From NCBI GenBank assembly GCA_965205675.1, contig OZ242186.1, forward strand, positions 160,001 through 224,000: a stretch of 64,000 nucleotides of DNA. Direction: 5' to 3'. Below are positions 11,020 through 20,165 of the stretch, in pieces. How positions within the stretch are numbered: position 1 is the first letter of the stretch; each line of letters begins with the position of its first letter. The DNA is from Nitrosopumilus sp. GTDB lineage: Archaea; Thermoproteota; Nitrososphaeria; Nitrososphaerales; Nitrosopumilaceae. The notes under the pieces are model-generated. The model was not told the origin of the DNA and made no database searches. It saw only the letters and a list, made by a program, of their open reading frames with translations. The position numbers and the translations under genes were made by a program.

Positions 11020-11226
11020 ATGAAAGATATCAACGATATCATGCCAAAAGTTCCTAACATGAGATGGGGAGCTTTGATGAATAAAGCACCTACTAGTGAT
11101 AAGGTTGAAGAAATGAATAAAATTTTTCCCAACAATGGTAAATGGCATACAGTTTTTGAAGAACAAGATCAAATTACAATCGATGGAAAAGAAATTAGAA
11201 AGAAAAATCCCAACAAGTGGACCTAG
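11020..11226 (+). CDS. Small hypothetical protein
   Basis: 68-aa ORF filling the gap between co-oriented genes. Confidence 0.6.
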   Translation: MKDINDIMPKVPNMRWGALMNKAPTSDKVEEMNKIFPNNGKWHTVFEEQDQITIDGKEIRKKNPNKWT

Positions 11227-11227
11227 A

Positions 11228-12787
11228 TTGAAAAATTTCTTATTATTTGGGTTTTTGATATTATTATCTGTATTTGTCATACAACTTGATAGTGCATATG
11301 GTCATGGTGTTGGAAGTGAAACTTTTCCTCCTGTTGATCTTAACGGCAGATTTGTAACACTAGAAGTTTCATCATCACAAAGTGATCCTAAAACAAGTGA
11401 TGATCAACAAATATCAATTTCGTTAATTGATTTTGATTCAAAAATTACATTACGAGATGTTACATTTTCAATCAAATCAGAACGTGGAGAACAATTTCTT
11501 TTTGAAGATGAATTTACAGCAGATAATGGATTCATAGTTTTTAATTTTGTATCTGAAGAAATTGATTCCATAATAGTAGAGGAGGAAAATGGCGGAGGCT
11601 TTTTTGGTTCTTTATTGGGACTTGAAAGTAGAATGGTTCATGTAAAAGGTCCTAAATTAAGTGAAGGTGGATTATACAAGTTAGATGTTATTGTATTAAC
11701 AGCAGATGGATATACCAAAAAATTAGATGTACCTCTAATTTTTAATGCTGGAATCTCTATTGCTCAAACATCTAGTCATGATTTTGTTGATCCAAATTTT
11801 GGCGAGCAAAACATAGGTGTAATAACTTACTATGATGCAATTTCTAATTTCAATTATGATCATAATTCAAAAGAAATTAGTTTTTTCATGCCTTTTGATT
11901 GGACACAATCAAACATTAACCAAACTTCTGTAGTTCATGAAGAATTAGTTATTCCAAAAAATTTTGGCGATCTACTAGTATCAGGATTTACAATGCATGT
12001 TAATGGAGTGAAATTATCTGAAAATATTGTAAATATTGATGATTTTTTTACTGATGACAGAATCGTTCATTTTATTATCTATCAAAAAGAACTACAAAAT
12101 ATTTTTGATAATACTACAATTCAAAATGGCATGAATTTTACAATTAAACCAGATCGTGATTATACCCACCTAAGTTCAGTAACTAATAATGGTCAATTTA
12201 GAATTCTCGTATCATGGGAACCCGAAATTTTAAAGTCTAATTCAAATGCAAAAATATTCTTTGATGTAGCTGATATTTTCTTAAAAGATAGACCAGTTGC
12301 AACAAATTATGATTTTTCAATAACACAAAATAACAGAATTATTTTTGAACAAAGTGGAATTAGTTCTGATTCAAAAGATGTATCTAACATTGCAGAATTT
12401 ATGATACCTGATGATATTTCAGGTATTGTAAACTTGAATTTTAATAACTTAGATCATAATACTCTTGCACAGTCTACAATTCCCATTGTAATTAATAGAA
12501 TAATTACAACAAGTGATGAAATTTCATTACCTGAATGGATTAGAAGTAATGCATTATGGTGGTCACAAGACCAAATTGATGATATAACATTTATTCAAGG
12601 AATTGAATATTTAATTCAAAATAATATAATTTCAATTCCTCAAACTCAACAAACAATTTTAGAATCTCAAGAAATCCCACCTTGGATTAGAAGTAATGCA
12701 GAATGGTGGGCAAATAAACAAATTGATGACGAAACATTTGTTCAAGGTCTGGAATATCTAATTAAGAATGGAATTATTCATGTTTGA
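11228..12787 (+). CDS. Secreted paralog of 9277 with two WIRSNA.WW repeats
   Basis: TTG start before signal peptide AYG-HG; shared GGLY and PFDW..VVHEE motifs. Confidence 0.8.
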   Translation: MKNFLLFGFLILLSVFVIQLDSAYGHGVGSETFPPVDLNGRFVTLEVSSSQSDPKTSDDQQISISLIDFDSKITLRDVTFSIKSERGEQFLFEDEFTADNGFIVFNFVSEEIDSIIVEEENGGGFFGSLLGLESRMVHVKGPKLSEGGLYKLDVIVLTADGYTKKLDVPLIFNAGISIAQTSSHDFVDPNFGEQNIGVITYYDAISNFNYDHNSKEISFFMPFDWTQSNINQTSVVHEELVIPKNFGDLLVSGFTMHVNGVKLSENIVNIDDFFTDDRIVHFIIYQKELQNIFDNTTIQNGMNFTIKPDRDYTHLSSVTNNGQFRILVSWEPEILKSNSNAKIFFDVADIFLKDRPVATNYDFSITQNNRIIFEQSGISSDSKDVSNIAEFMIPDDISGIVNLNFNNLDHNTLAQSTIPIVINRIITTSDEISLPEWIRSNALWWSQDQIDDITFIQGIEYLIQNNIISIPQTQQTILESQEIPPWIRSNAEWWANKQIDDETFVQGLEYLIKNGIIHV

Positions 12788-12841
12788 TCGGTATCTATTC
12801 GATCAATGAACCAGCCCCCTTAAATTTAGAACTTTGTAAAT

Positions 12842-13243
12842 TTGATCACTTTGCTTAGACCTGAACGTATAATTGAAAAAAAATCAACCTTGTTTTCTAT
12901 TGTTGTAACTGGCGTTGTTGCAATTTTAGCCTTGCCGATAATTATTCCTCATTTGCTACATGGTTATCATCTAGTCCACATCTTCTTGCATGTTGGAGGG
13001 ATTACTCTTGCTGTTTTTATTTCCGTATTGGCAGGAATTGCATATTACAGATTAAGAACAAAACGACTTTTACTAAGTGCAGTAGCTTTTACAAATTTTA
13101 TTGCAGCTGAATTTGTTTTACTTGTAGATGCTACATGGCCATTAATTTATGATGTTGGCGATGTGTCTCTTGGAGAAGTAGGACATTTGTTGACTTTTAT
13201 TACTCTGGGATTATTGGCATTGGGAGTGTTTAGAAATGACTGA
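12842..13243 (+). CDS. Small multi-pass membrane protein with intramembrane His residues
   Basis: About 4 hydrophobic helices; HLLHGYHLVHIFLH; overlaps the downstream regulator. Confidence 0.7.
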   Translation: MITLLRPERIIEKKSTLFSIVVTGVVAILALPIIIPHLLHGYHLVHIFLHVGGITLAVFISVLAGIAYYRLRTKRLLLSAVAFTNFIAAEFVLLVDATWPLIYDVGDVSLGEVGHLLTFITLGLLALGVFRND

Positions 13244-13736
13244 TAGAGATTCTCAACTACAACAAATTATTGAACAAAACCCTGGAATTCAATTCCGAGA
13301 AATTATGCGCTCTTCTGGACTAAAAAATGGAGTTCTAAGTCACTATTTAGGAAAACTAGAAAAAAATGATATCATCAAAGTTGTTCGTGGACCACGACAA
13401 TCAAGATTTTATCCACCTCAAATTACTGAAGAAGAATCTATTGTTATCAAAGCTTTACGAAAACAAACTCCACGCGATTTGTTACTTGCATTGATCAAAA
13501 ATGATGGATTAGAATTCTCTCAATTAGTTAAAGAAGTTAAAAAATCACCATCAACTGTTTCATTATATCTCTCACAAATTGTAGATGATGGATTAGTTGA
13601 GACTAGATTAGTAGAACTTAAAAAGAGATATCATATTAAAGCGAGAGATCTTATTGATAAATTAATTGAAGAATATAGACCAAGTTTACTTGAGAAACCA
13701 ACATCTGGATTCGAGGATATTATCAACTCATTTTAA
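13236..13736 (+). CDS. Double winged-helix transcriptional regulator
   Basis: NPGIQFREI..GVLSHYL and second SPSTVSLYLSQ HTH. Confidence 0.85.
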   Translation: MTDRDSQLQQIIEQNPGIQFREIMRSSGLKNGVLSHYLGKLEKNDIIKVVRGPRQSRFYPPQITEEESIVIKALRKQTPRDLLLALIKNDGLEFSQLVKEVKKSPSTVSLYLSQIVDDGLVETRLVELKKRYHIKARDLIDKLIEEYRPSLLEKPTSGFEDIINSF

Positions 13737-13764
13737 AATTTTAGTCTTAAAATTTTCTTTATCC

Positions 13765-14964
13765 ATGTTCGGTTTTATCATTCTATTATCGATATTGCCT
13801 AGTGTTTCTTTTGGGGAGGTTTATGTTCCGGATAATGAATATGTTGGTTATTTTGATTCAAATAGAATCTATACAGTTGTTGGAAACATAAAAAATACAA
13901 ATGATTATGCAATACTTCCAACAGTTACTGTATCAGTAACTGATAATTTTGAATTATATTCTAAAACAATAAGACATGTCCCATTAAGTTCAGGTGCAGA
14001 AATTCCATTTAAAATTAAATTTCCAAATGTCTCTATTGATCCTATGTTACTTCCTGCAGAATTATCATTTGAGAAAACTACTCAAAATGTAGTTTCAATA
14101 GATGTTCTTTACGATGAAACTCTTGTACAATATGATGATGGTCATCTTACTGGTAGAATTCAGAACACTGGAGAAAAAACTATTTACAATCCTAAAATTT
14201 TTGCAGTAATTCATGGTTATGATCGAATTTTAGATATTGGACAAAATATAGAGTTTATTGAAAAAATTGAACCAGGACAAATTGTTGGTTTTACAATGTA
14301 TCCGGATCCATCAATTACTGATGAAGTTTTTTACTATAGTTGTTTTGCACCTGTTGATACAACTGTAATTCCAGTTACTGCAAAGAAAAATGATGGTGAT
14401 TTTGATTTTAGATATGATTCGGGAGCTTGGTATTCAGCTGCTGAATTTGATGAAGCAGGAACAACTTTGAGTATTAGAGGTTACAATAGTTATCCTTTAG
14501 AGACCTATGCAAATTTTGAATTCTTTCCAATTTCAGGAAACGAAAAATTTGATGTTACACTTAATGATGAACCTGTAGAATTCATTCAAAGTATTGACGA
14601 GATGGGATTTTGGCACGTGGTCTTTAAGGTAGAGCCAACATCTCAAGGCATACTCAAAATTTCAGGTTTTGATAAAGGCTTACCTCCCGAATTACCAAAA
14701 ATTCCACAATGGATTAAAACTAATGCAAACTGGTGGGTAACAGATCAAATCTCTGATTCCAAATTTCTTGAAGGAGTTGATTTTTTATTTGAAAAACAAA
14801 TTATAATAATTCCTGAACGTGACGTAATTAAGCAATCACAATGGAGTATTCCTTCATGGACAAAAACTTCAGTGAGTTGGTGGTATGAAGGAAAAATTTC
14901 TGATGATGATTTTTTAAATATTATTGAAAATTTAGTAAAACGAAAAATTATTGTGATCAACTGA
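13765..14964 (+). CDS. Secreted Ig-like protein with C-terminal IP.WIK..A.WW repeats
   Basis: Signal peptide, VVGNIKN and GRIQNTG segments, same C-terminal domain family as 9277. Confidence 0.75.
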   Translation: MFGFIILLSILPSVSFGEVYVPDNEYVGYFDSNRIYTVVGNIKNTNDYAILPTVTVSVTDNFELYSKTIRHVPLSSGAEIPFKIKFPNVSIDPMLLPAELSFEKTTQNVVSIDVLYDETLVQYDDGHLTGRIQNTGEKTIYNPKIFAVIHGYDRILDIGQNIEFIEKIEPGQIVGFTMYPDPSITDEVFYYSCFAPVDTTVIPVTAKKNDGDFDFRYDSGAWYSAAEFDEAGTTLSIRGYNSYPLETYANFEFFPISGNEKFDVTLNDEPVEFIQSIDEMGFWHVVFKVEPTSQGILKISGFDKGLPPELPKIPQWIKTNANWWVTDQISDSKFLEGVDFLFEKQIIIIPERDVIKQSQWSIPSWTKTSVSWWYEGKISDDDFLNIIENLVKRKIIVIN

Positions 14965-15038
14965 TCCCAACATAAACCATTTAGGTAAATTTTGATGATC
15001 ATTTAGATCTACGAACAATGTCATTTAGAACAATTCTA

Positions 15039-15120
15039 TGCAATTTACAGAACTAACTAACAAGCAATGGAATATGTTACAATTACATTTGTCAAAACCA
15101 GCTAAAACTGGCTAGTAGAA
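15039..15120 (+). pseudogene. IS5-family transposase N-terminal remnant
   Basis: Translates MQFTELTNKQWNMLQLHLSKPAKTG*, resembling the IS5 'LTD.QW..I.P.LP....GRP' start. Confidence 0.4.
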
Positions 15121-15434
15121 ATCATCTCATGAGATTCGTGTGTTTTTTTATTCTCTTATTTTATTTAATGTTTGGAGAATTACAAATCATATGCTTGCAA
15201 AAAATGATTCTTGTTACAAACCAACTGTAACTATACATTTACTAAAATGCTTTATTGGAATAATAATTATAAATTAATTTCCAGATAAAGAAAATAGTAT
15301 GTATCAAGCCTCACGTCTAGAATTTGTTTTTAGTTTCCATTTTTGTTCCTGATGTGATGGATGACCTTGATTCATACGAAAATATCACTTAAAATACAAG
15401 GGAAGAATTATTTTTCTATAGATTGTTGTTGTAA

Positions 15435-15737
15435 CTATCTTCTGGTAATCCAAACAAGTATTGCCAATCCAATTGTTTGAATTACATTAATTGCAAACAA
15501 ATAGTGAGATATCGTGTCTGCCGACATCATCAATGCTTTATCATCCATGTATAGCGTTGACCAAAATAATACAATTACAATATTTTGCACCATTAACAAT
15601 GCTGCAACTAAAACTAAACCGGATGTATAATATGATCTAATCACTCTCATGTTTTGAACATAAGTTGCAATTACTACTAGTAACAATGCAATGTTAAGTA
15701 ATGCAGATACAACTGCAGCTAACATAAAATCTATCAA
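15435..15737 (-). CDS. Small 3-TM membrane protein, paralog of 34924
   Basis: Hydrophobic profile; lies downstream of a wHTH gene. Confidence 0.7.
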   Translation of the reverse strand: MIDFMLAAVVSALLNIALLLVVIATYVQNMRVIRSYYTSGLVLVAALLMVQNIVIVLFWSTLYMDDKALMMSADTISHYLFAINVIQTIGLAILVWITRR

Positions 15738-15764
15738 TATGTTTCATTCCTTTGATTCGTTAAT

Positions 15765-16253
15765 TTACTTCGTTCCAATTTTTAGTATAATCTCCTCTAA
15801 AATACTTTGATTCTCTTTCATAATTTGTGTTAAATGATATTCCGCACCGTATTCTTTTTCGGCCTTTGTAACAAGCTCATTTTTTGCAAGAATTTTGACA
15901 TGGTGAATTACGGTTTTGTGATCTAAACTCAGGACTGTTGCAATCTTGTTTGCATTCATTGGGGTTTCTTTGATTAAATTGAGGATTTTTGCTCTGTTTA
16001 CACCGCCTCTTGTACCTGCAATAATTGACCAAAGTACCATTTTAAATCTTGGATTTGGTCCGCTTTGAGCACTTTCTGTTCCTGAAAATGAAAACAGTTC
16101 TTTTGGAACAAATCTTGAAAATGAAAATACAGATGAAGTTATCATTCCAGTAAACACTAATTGTTCAGATTTGGTATCTGATATAAAAAATTCCTTTTGG
16201 GAGTTTTTGGTGCTATTGAGTAGATATTTCTGCACTGCCAAATAAAACACCAA
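15765..16253 (-). CDS. ArsR-like winged-helix regulator (true start uncertain)
   Basis: GTRGGVNRAKIL..PMNANKIA..LDHKTVIHHVKIL; paralog of 35234. Confidence 0.8.
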   Translation of the reverse strand: MVFYLAVQKYLLNSTKNSQKEFFISDTKSEQLVFTGMITSSVFSFSRFVPKELFSFSGTESAQSGPNPRFKMVLWSIIAGTRGGVNRAKILNLIKETPMNANKIATVLSLDHKTVIHHVKILAKNELVTKAEKEYGAEYHLTQIMKENQSILEEIILKIGTK

Positions 16254-16875
16254 AGGCTTTACACCAAATCAATACTTTGTTGTATTTACTTAGATCTGTA
16301 TCATTTGGAATCTCATAGTTTTGATTGCCACTGTTTGCTTTGAGTGTACCTAAATTCACAAAGTCTGATGCATTATCATCAGTTGACAAGTAAACATACA
16401 AGTCTGGACCATTAGTTGATTTAAAATTCTCTAATCTTAGTATGGTACTGCTATCTTCTAATGGAATTGTAAATGCGTCTCCTTGTGCATCATGAATACC
16501 ATCACCAACACCAACAAATGTTCCTACATAAGACATTGGAATCTCATCTTCCATCATAGCATCATCTTCCATCATAGCATCATCTTCCATCATAGCATCA
16601 TCTTCCATCATAGCATCATCTTCCATCATAGCATCATCTTCCATCATAGCATCATCTTCCATCATAGCATCATCTTCCATCATAGCATCATCTTCCATCA
16701 TAGCATCATCATCTTGAGCTGTAATGGCATCTTTGTTTTTTATTTCAGATTGAATTATCGCACCAGGAGGTATTGCTTCATCAATACTTGATTCTGTAAA
16801 GTATGGAGATAATGCAAATGCTGAAACTGCACCTACAACTATTATAGCAATTGTAATTACTACAAATTTGTTCAT
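16213..16875 (-). CDS. DM13 domain protein with Met-rich acidic linker
   Basis: HDAQG, NGPDLYVYL, LGTLK..GNQNY and IWCKAFGVLFG DM13 motifs; signal anchor starts MNKF at 16875. Confidence 0.88.
   Translation of the reverse strand: MNKFVVITIAIIVVGAVSAFALSPYFTESSIDEAIPPGAIIQSEIKNKDAITAQDDDAMMEDDAMMEDDAMMEDDAMMEDDAMMEDDAMMEDDAMMEDDAMMEDDAMMEDEIPMSYVGTFVGVGDGIHDAQGDAFTIPLEDSSTILRLENFKSTNGPDLYVYLSTDDNASDFVNLGTLKANSGNQNYEIPNDTDLSKYNKVLIWCKAFGVLFGSAEISTQ
16545..16706 (-). repeat. Perfect tandem repeat, 9 x 18 bp encoding DDAMME
   Basis: Unit CATCTTCCATCATAGCAT on the + strand, read directly. Confidence 0.97.
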
Positions 16876-16997
16876 GATAAAATGATACAGTTTTGGTATA
16901 TACCAACTTTTCCAGTTTTGACCCCAATCTTTAGGCGTAAAATACCTGAATCTATTCATCGTAAGGTAGTTTAATACGATTTCATTGCCAGAATCTA

Positions 16998-17525
16998 ATG
17001 GAACTTTTTGATTCTTTCTTGATATGGATTGCAAATTTTTTAGGAGACCATCTCTATGAAGGAATTTTTCTAGCAGCGTTACTTGAAACTATAGTTCCAC
17101 CAATTCCAACACTTGCAATATTCCCAACTGCGGGATTTTTAGCATCTCAGCAAGGCATCACAATATTTGGATTAATTCCCATGATAATTCTTGGCGCAAT
17201 TGGTGCTACAATTGGAACATCTGCAATTTATCTAATCGCATTAAAATTTGGACGAGTTGTTTTGTTACGTTATCTAAAGAATATAAAAATAAATGAAAAA
17301 AAATTAGAACGAGTTGAAGTTTGGTTTGAAAAATATGGTGACAGGGCAGTATTTTTAGGAAGGATGGTTCCAGTAATGAGAGAAATGATTTCAATTCCTG
17401 CAGGATTGTTAAAAATGAAAATTCCTAAATTTGTATTATATACATTTGCAGGTTCTTGTGTTTGGTCTTCTGCAACAATTTTGTCTGGATATTATTTTAG
17501 CGAGGTTTTAGGGCTTGTGCCATAG
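16998..17525 (+). CDS. DedA family membrane protein
   Basis: LET..PPIP, WFEKYG..VFLGRMVPVMR..ISIPAG. Confidence 0.92.
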   Translation: MELFDSFLIWIANFLGDHLYEGIFLAALLETIVPPIPTLAIFPTAGFLASQQGITIFGLIPMIILGAIGATIGTSAIYLIALKFGRVVLLRYLKNIKINEKKLERVEVWFEKYGDRAVFLGRMVPVMREMISIPAGLLKMKIPKFVLYTFAGSCVWSSATILSGYYFSEVLGLVP

Positions 17526-17580
17526 AATTTATAAAATTTAAAATAAAATTTCATTTTTTTAGATAAACTCTGTAATAAAA

Positions 17581-17946
17581 TAATTATATGATATGATGAA
17601 AGTGCTATTAGCAACAAAAAATATCACAACAGATTACAATTTATTTTTAATTGTATTTTCAGCATTAACACCCATCTTAACTGCTATAGATTTTGGATTA
17701 GCCGAATATCATTTTCTAAAATGAATTGCAATAATCACTGCTGTGATTGTAGCAATATCTTCATCTGTATTACGAATTTTTAAATTTCATGATAATTGGA
17801 TAACATAGAGAAATATCTGTGAAATGTTAAAAAAAGAAATTAATTTTTACGACGGTGATTCGGGAGATTATAATAATTCGGATGATAAAGAAGCAATTTT
17901 TATCCAAAATATAGAGAATTTAATTTCAAGAGAACATAATCTATGA
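17581..17946 (+). pseudogene. DUF4231/SLATT 2-TM protein pseudogene
   Basis: Manual translation ..LIVFSALTPIL..K*IAIITAVIVAISSSVLRIFKFHDNWIT*RNICEMLKKE..EAIFIQNIENLISREH; two stops and one frameshift. Confidence 0.7.
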
Positions 17947-18499
17947 AAAACATCTTTTAAGAAAGAAACATGATAAATTTGAACATCATATCAAAATTAC
18001 TTTAATACAAGATTAAAATGTTTATTAGAATATAGATCTCATCTACAAATTAACAACATGTGTTCAAATCTGTTAAAATTTGAATATTAAATATTCTTTG
18101 AGAGTTTATTTCGAATCTAATTTAATCTGTTTCATTATTCATCTCTATCTTATGATCTAAAACTAAAATACAAAGTTACATTGAAGTTCAAATTTAATTT
18201 ACAACGTACAAAAAACTGCGTATTGTGATGTACAAGAAATACTGTGTTTTTAGATTACTAACAATTAGATGGGTTGTGCAATTACAGGTAAAACTTAACC
18301 TTTCATTGTAATTGATTTTAAAAATGATATTGATTGTATTGTAGATAAAATTATTAAAAATGTATGAAAATGGAAAAATATTCAACTATCTGAAAAAGAT
18401 AGATCAGATACAAAAATAACTGAATAATAAAATCGATCTGTTGAAAACCGCTACTAAAACATATATCTATGTGAAATCTTTAAAAACATTTGCACTCTT

Positions 18500-18690
18500 T
18501 TGCAACACATGAGAATGGCTACCGCTCGAGATGATCCCATTCATTTTCAAAAGATGAAACCGGACACATATCTATTCGAGGATCTCCCTCAGTACCATTC
18601 TTCATCCATTTATCAGAACCATGCCGCAGTTACAAAACGAGGATCTCCCTCAATATGTTTAACGAGGATTATAGTTCTGATCATAATGTT
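18500..18690 (-). ncRNA. Putative bridge/seek RNA of IS110 #1
   Basis: Stem ATCAGAAC/GTTCTGAT and stem GATGAA/TTCATC, each enclosing an identical TGAGGGAGATCCTCG hairpin; loop segments match element junctions; RNA ends are approximate. Confidence 0.75.
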
Positions 18691-18693
18691 TCA

Positions 18694-19803
18694 TTATGCA
18701 TTTTTGATGCACTGGTAAAATGTCATGTTGTTTTTTAACATCCAGTAAATTATTCTCAACAGTTTGGATGCTGCTGCCACTGCAGCTTTTGATGTCCCCC
18801 TCTTTTTTGCAAGACGTTTGTAAAAATTTGTAATGGTGCTGTTTTTTGCATATCTTACATGAGAATGTACTGCCTCCACCAGAACCCAGCGTAACATGCT
18901 ACTTCCTCTTCTTGTTATGGAACCATGGCGTATGGTGTCAGCTGAGTTTCTCACCGATGGTACAATTCCTGCATATGAACACAGTTTGTGAGAATCTGAA
19001 AATCTTTCGATATTGTCAATTTCAGAGGATATGGTTAATGCAGTGAATCTTCCAACACCAGGTATTGATTCTAAGAGTTGTGCGTTAGAACCATGTTTTA
19101 GAGCATCCTTGATTCTCATGTCTGACTCTGCGATTCTATCATTGATTGATATTATCATCTTGAGATATCCATCTATTCGATAGTCATCTAATCCCAACAG
19201 TTTGTGCACATATGAATCAGAAAATGCAGTTCCTGGTATCTTGATTGCATTTTGTAAGGTTATACTGTGAATCAAATTTTTCATCCTTGTCCTGTTGCGG
19301 ACTAGTTTGGTTCTATATCTCACCAGTTGTCTTGTTTGCACGGTATCTTTTTCTGGTACATGACAAGATGAGATGTATCCTCCTCTTAGCAAATCTGCCA
19401 AGATGTGAGCATCAATCTTGTCAGTTTTTTTCTTTGCTGCTGCAATTGCTTTTGTGTGATATGGGTTTGATAGTATTACATCAAATCCTAGTTCGTCTCG
19501 CAGAAACCTAAACACGCCATACCAGACAGATGATGATTCCATTACACATTTTGAGTTTTTTGGGATTGCAGAAAATACTTTTTTGATATCCTCTCTGGTG
19601 TTTGTAATTTTTTCATTGAATAATGTATGTCCTTTATCATCCATTGTTTCGACCTGTAAGAATTCTTTGTGCAAATCAATTCCGACATAGGTCATGGGTT
19701 TTGTCTTTCTAGTCCTAATGATTTTCTTTGGTTTTTTCTTGGAGGTGTATCTTTTAGAAACTATAGAATCAGCAGTACCATCTAAATTTCGTTGTTTATT
19801 CAC
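18694..19803 (-). CDS. IS110 family transposase (DEDD recombinase), intact
   Basis: VGIDLHK, MESS, KTDKIDA, SIPGVG, SYAGIVPSVRNSA. Confidence 0.95.
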   Translation of the reverse strand: MNKQRNLDGTADSIVSKRYTSKKKPKKIIRTRKTKPMTYVGIDLHKEFLQVETMDDKGHTLFNEKITNTREDIKKVFSAIPKNSKCVMESSSVWYGVFRFLRDELGFDVILSNPYHTKAIAAAKKKTDKIDAHILADLLRGGYISSCHVPEKDTVQTRQLVRYRTKLVRNRTRMKNLIHSITLQNAIKIPGTAFSDSYVHKLLGLDDYRIDGYLKMIISINDRIAESDMRIKDALKHGSNAQLLESIPGVGRFTALTISSEIDNIERFSDSHKLCSYAGIVPSVRNSADTIRHGSITRRGSSMLRWVLVEAVHSHVRYAKNSTITNFYKRLAKKRGTSKAAVAAASKLLRIIYWMLKNNMTFYQCIKNA

Positions 19804-19929
19804 ATATGGTTACACTAGAATACCAAAAAAATACTCTTCTCATGCGTGTGACATGTAATTTGGGATCATCAATATCAGTAAAAGTATTAGAATGCTCAAA
19901 AATCGATTTCCTAGAAATCATCTGTAAAA

Positions 19930-20010
19930 CTAAAGCAGAAATGAATTTGATGGATTTAAAAGAGATGACAAGCATGAAAATACATGCTGTCACAAATGAT
20001 AATGGATTGC
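19930..20010 (+). pseudogene. IS5-family transposase fragment
   Basis: FDGFK../MKIHAVTNDNGLP resembles the IS5 'G.K.H..VD..GLP' motif. Confidence 0.4.
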
Positions 20011-20150
20011 CAGTACCAATACCTGTTGAATTTAGCAAATAAAACATGATTTTTTCAGTTAAAGCTAGATTTTCTAGTCATGTGGCAAAATCTACGTCTT
20101 TCTGAGATTCAAGTCCTACATGTAAATCTCAAATCCCAATTTCTGCACCA
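20006..20150 (+). repeat. att-like end: degenerate tRNA 3' end plus ~130-bp arm homologous (inverted) to 48587-48717
   Basis: TCAAATCCCAATTTCTGCACCA; shared GAATCTCAGAAAGACGTAGATTTTGCCACATGACTAGAAAAT. Confidence 0.75.
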
Positions 20151-20165
20151 CTTTGATTTCTGTGA

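Larger units (their letters stand above)
18464..19812 (-). mobile_element. IS110-family (IS1111-like) element #1 with TA core and subterminal IR ATGTGAA/TTCACAT
   Basis: Ends defined by alignment with element #2; long non-coding right end. Confidence 0.85.

Noticed and set aside
16483-16791. His-rich ORF (IFHHSI)n on the + strand
   Set aside because: Antisense shadow of the DDAMME repeat
16876-17034. Long N-terminal extensions in the ORF track (DM13 gene here; also 6616, 11135, 13666, 38399, 52144)
   Set aside because: They overlap neighbours, IS ends or promoter space; signal peptides begin at downstream starts
18577-18652. 15-bp direct repeat CGAGGATCTCCCTCA as an independent repeat or TSD
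   Set aside because: Explained as the two identical hairpins of the IS110 RNA loops
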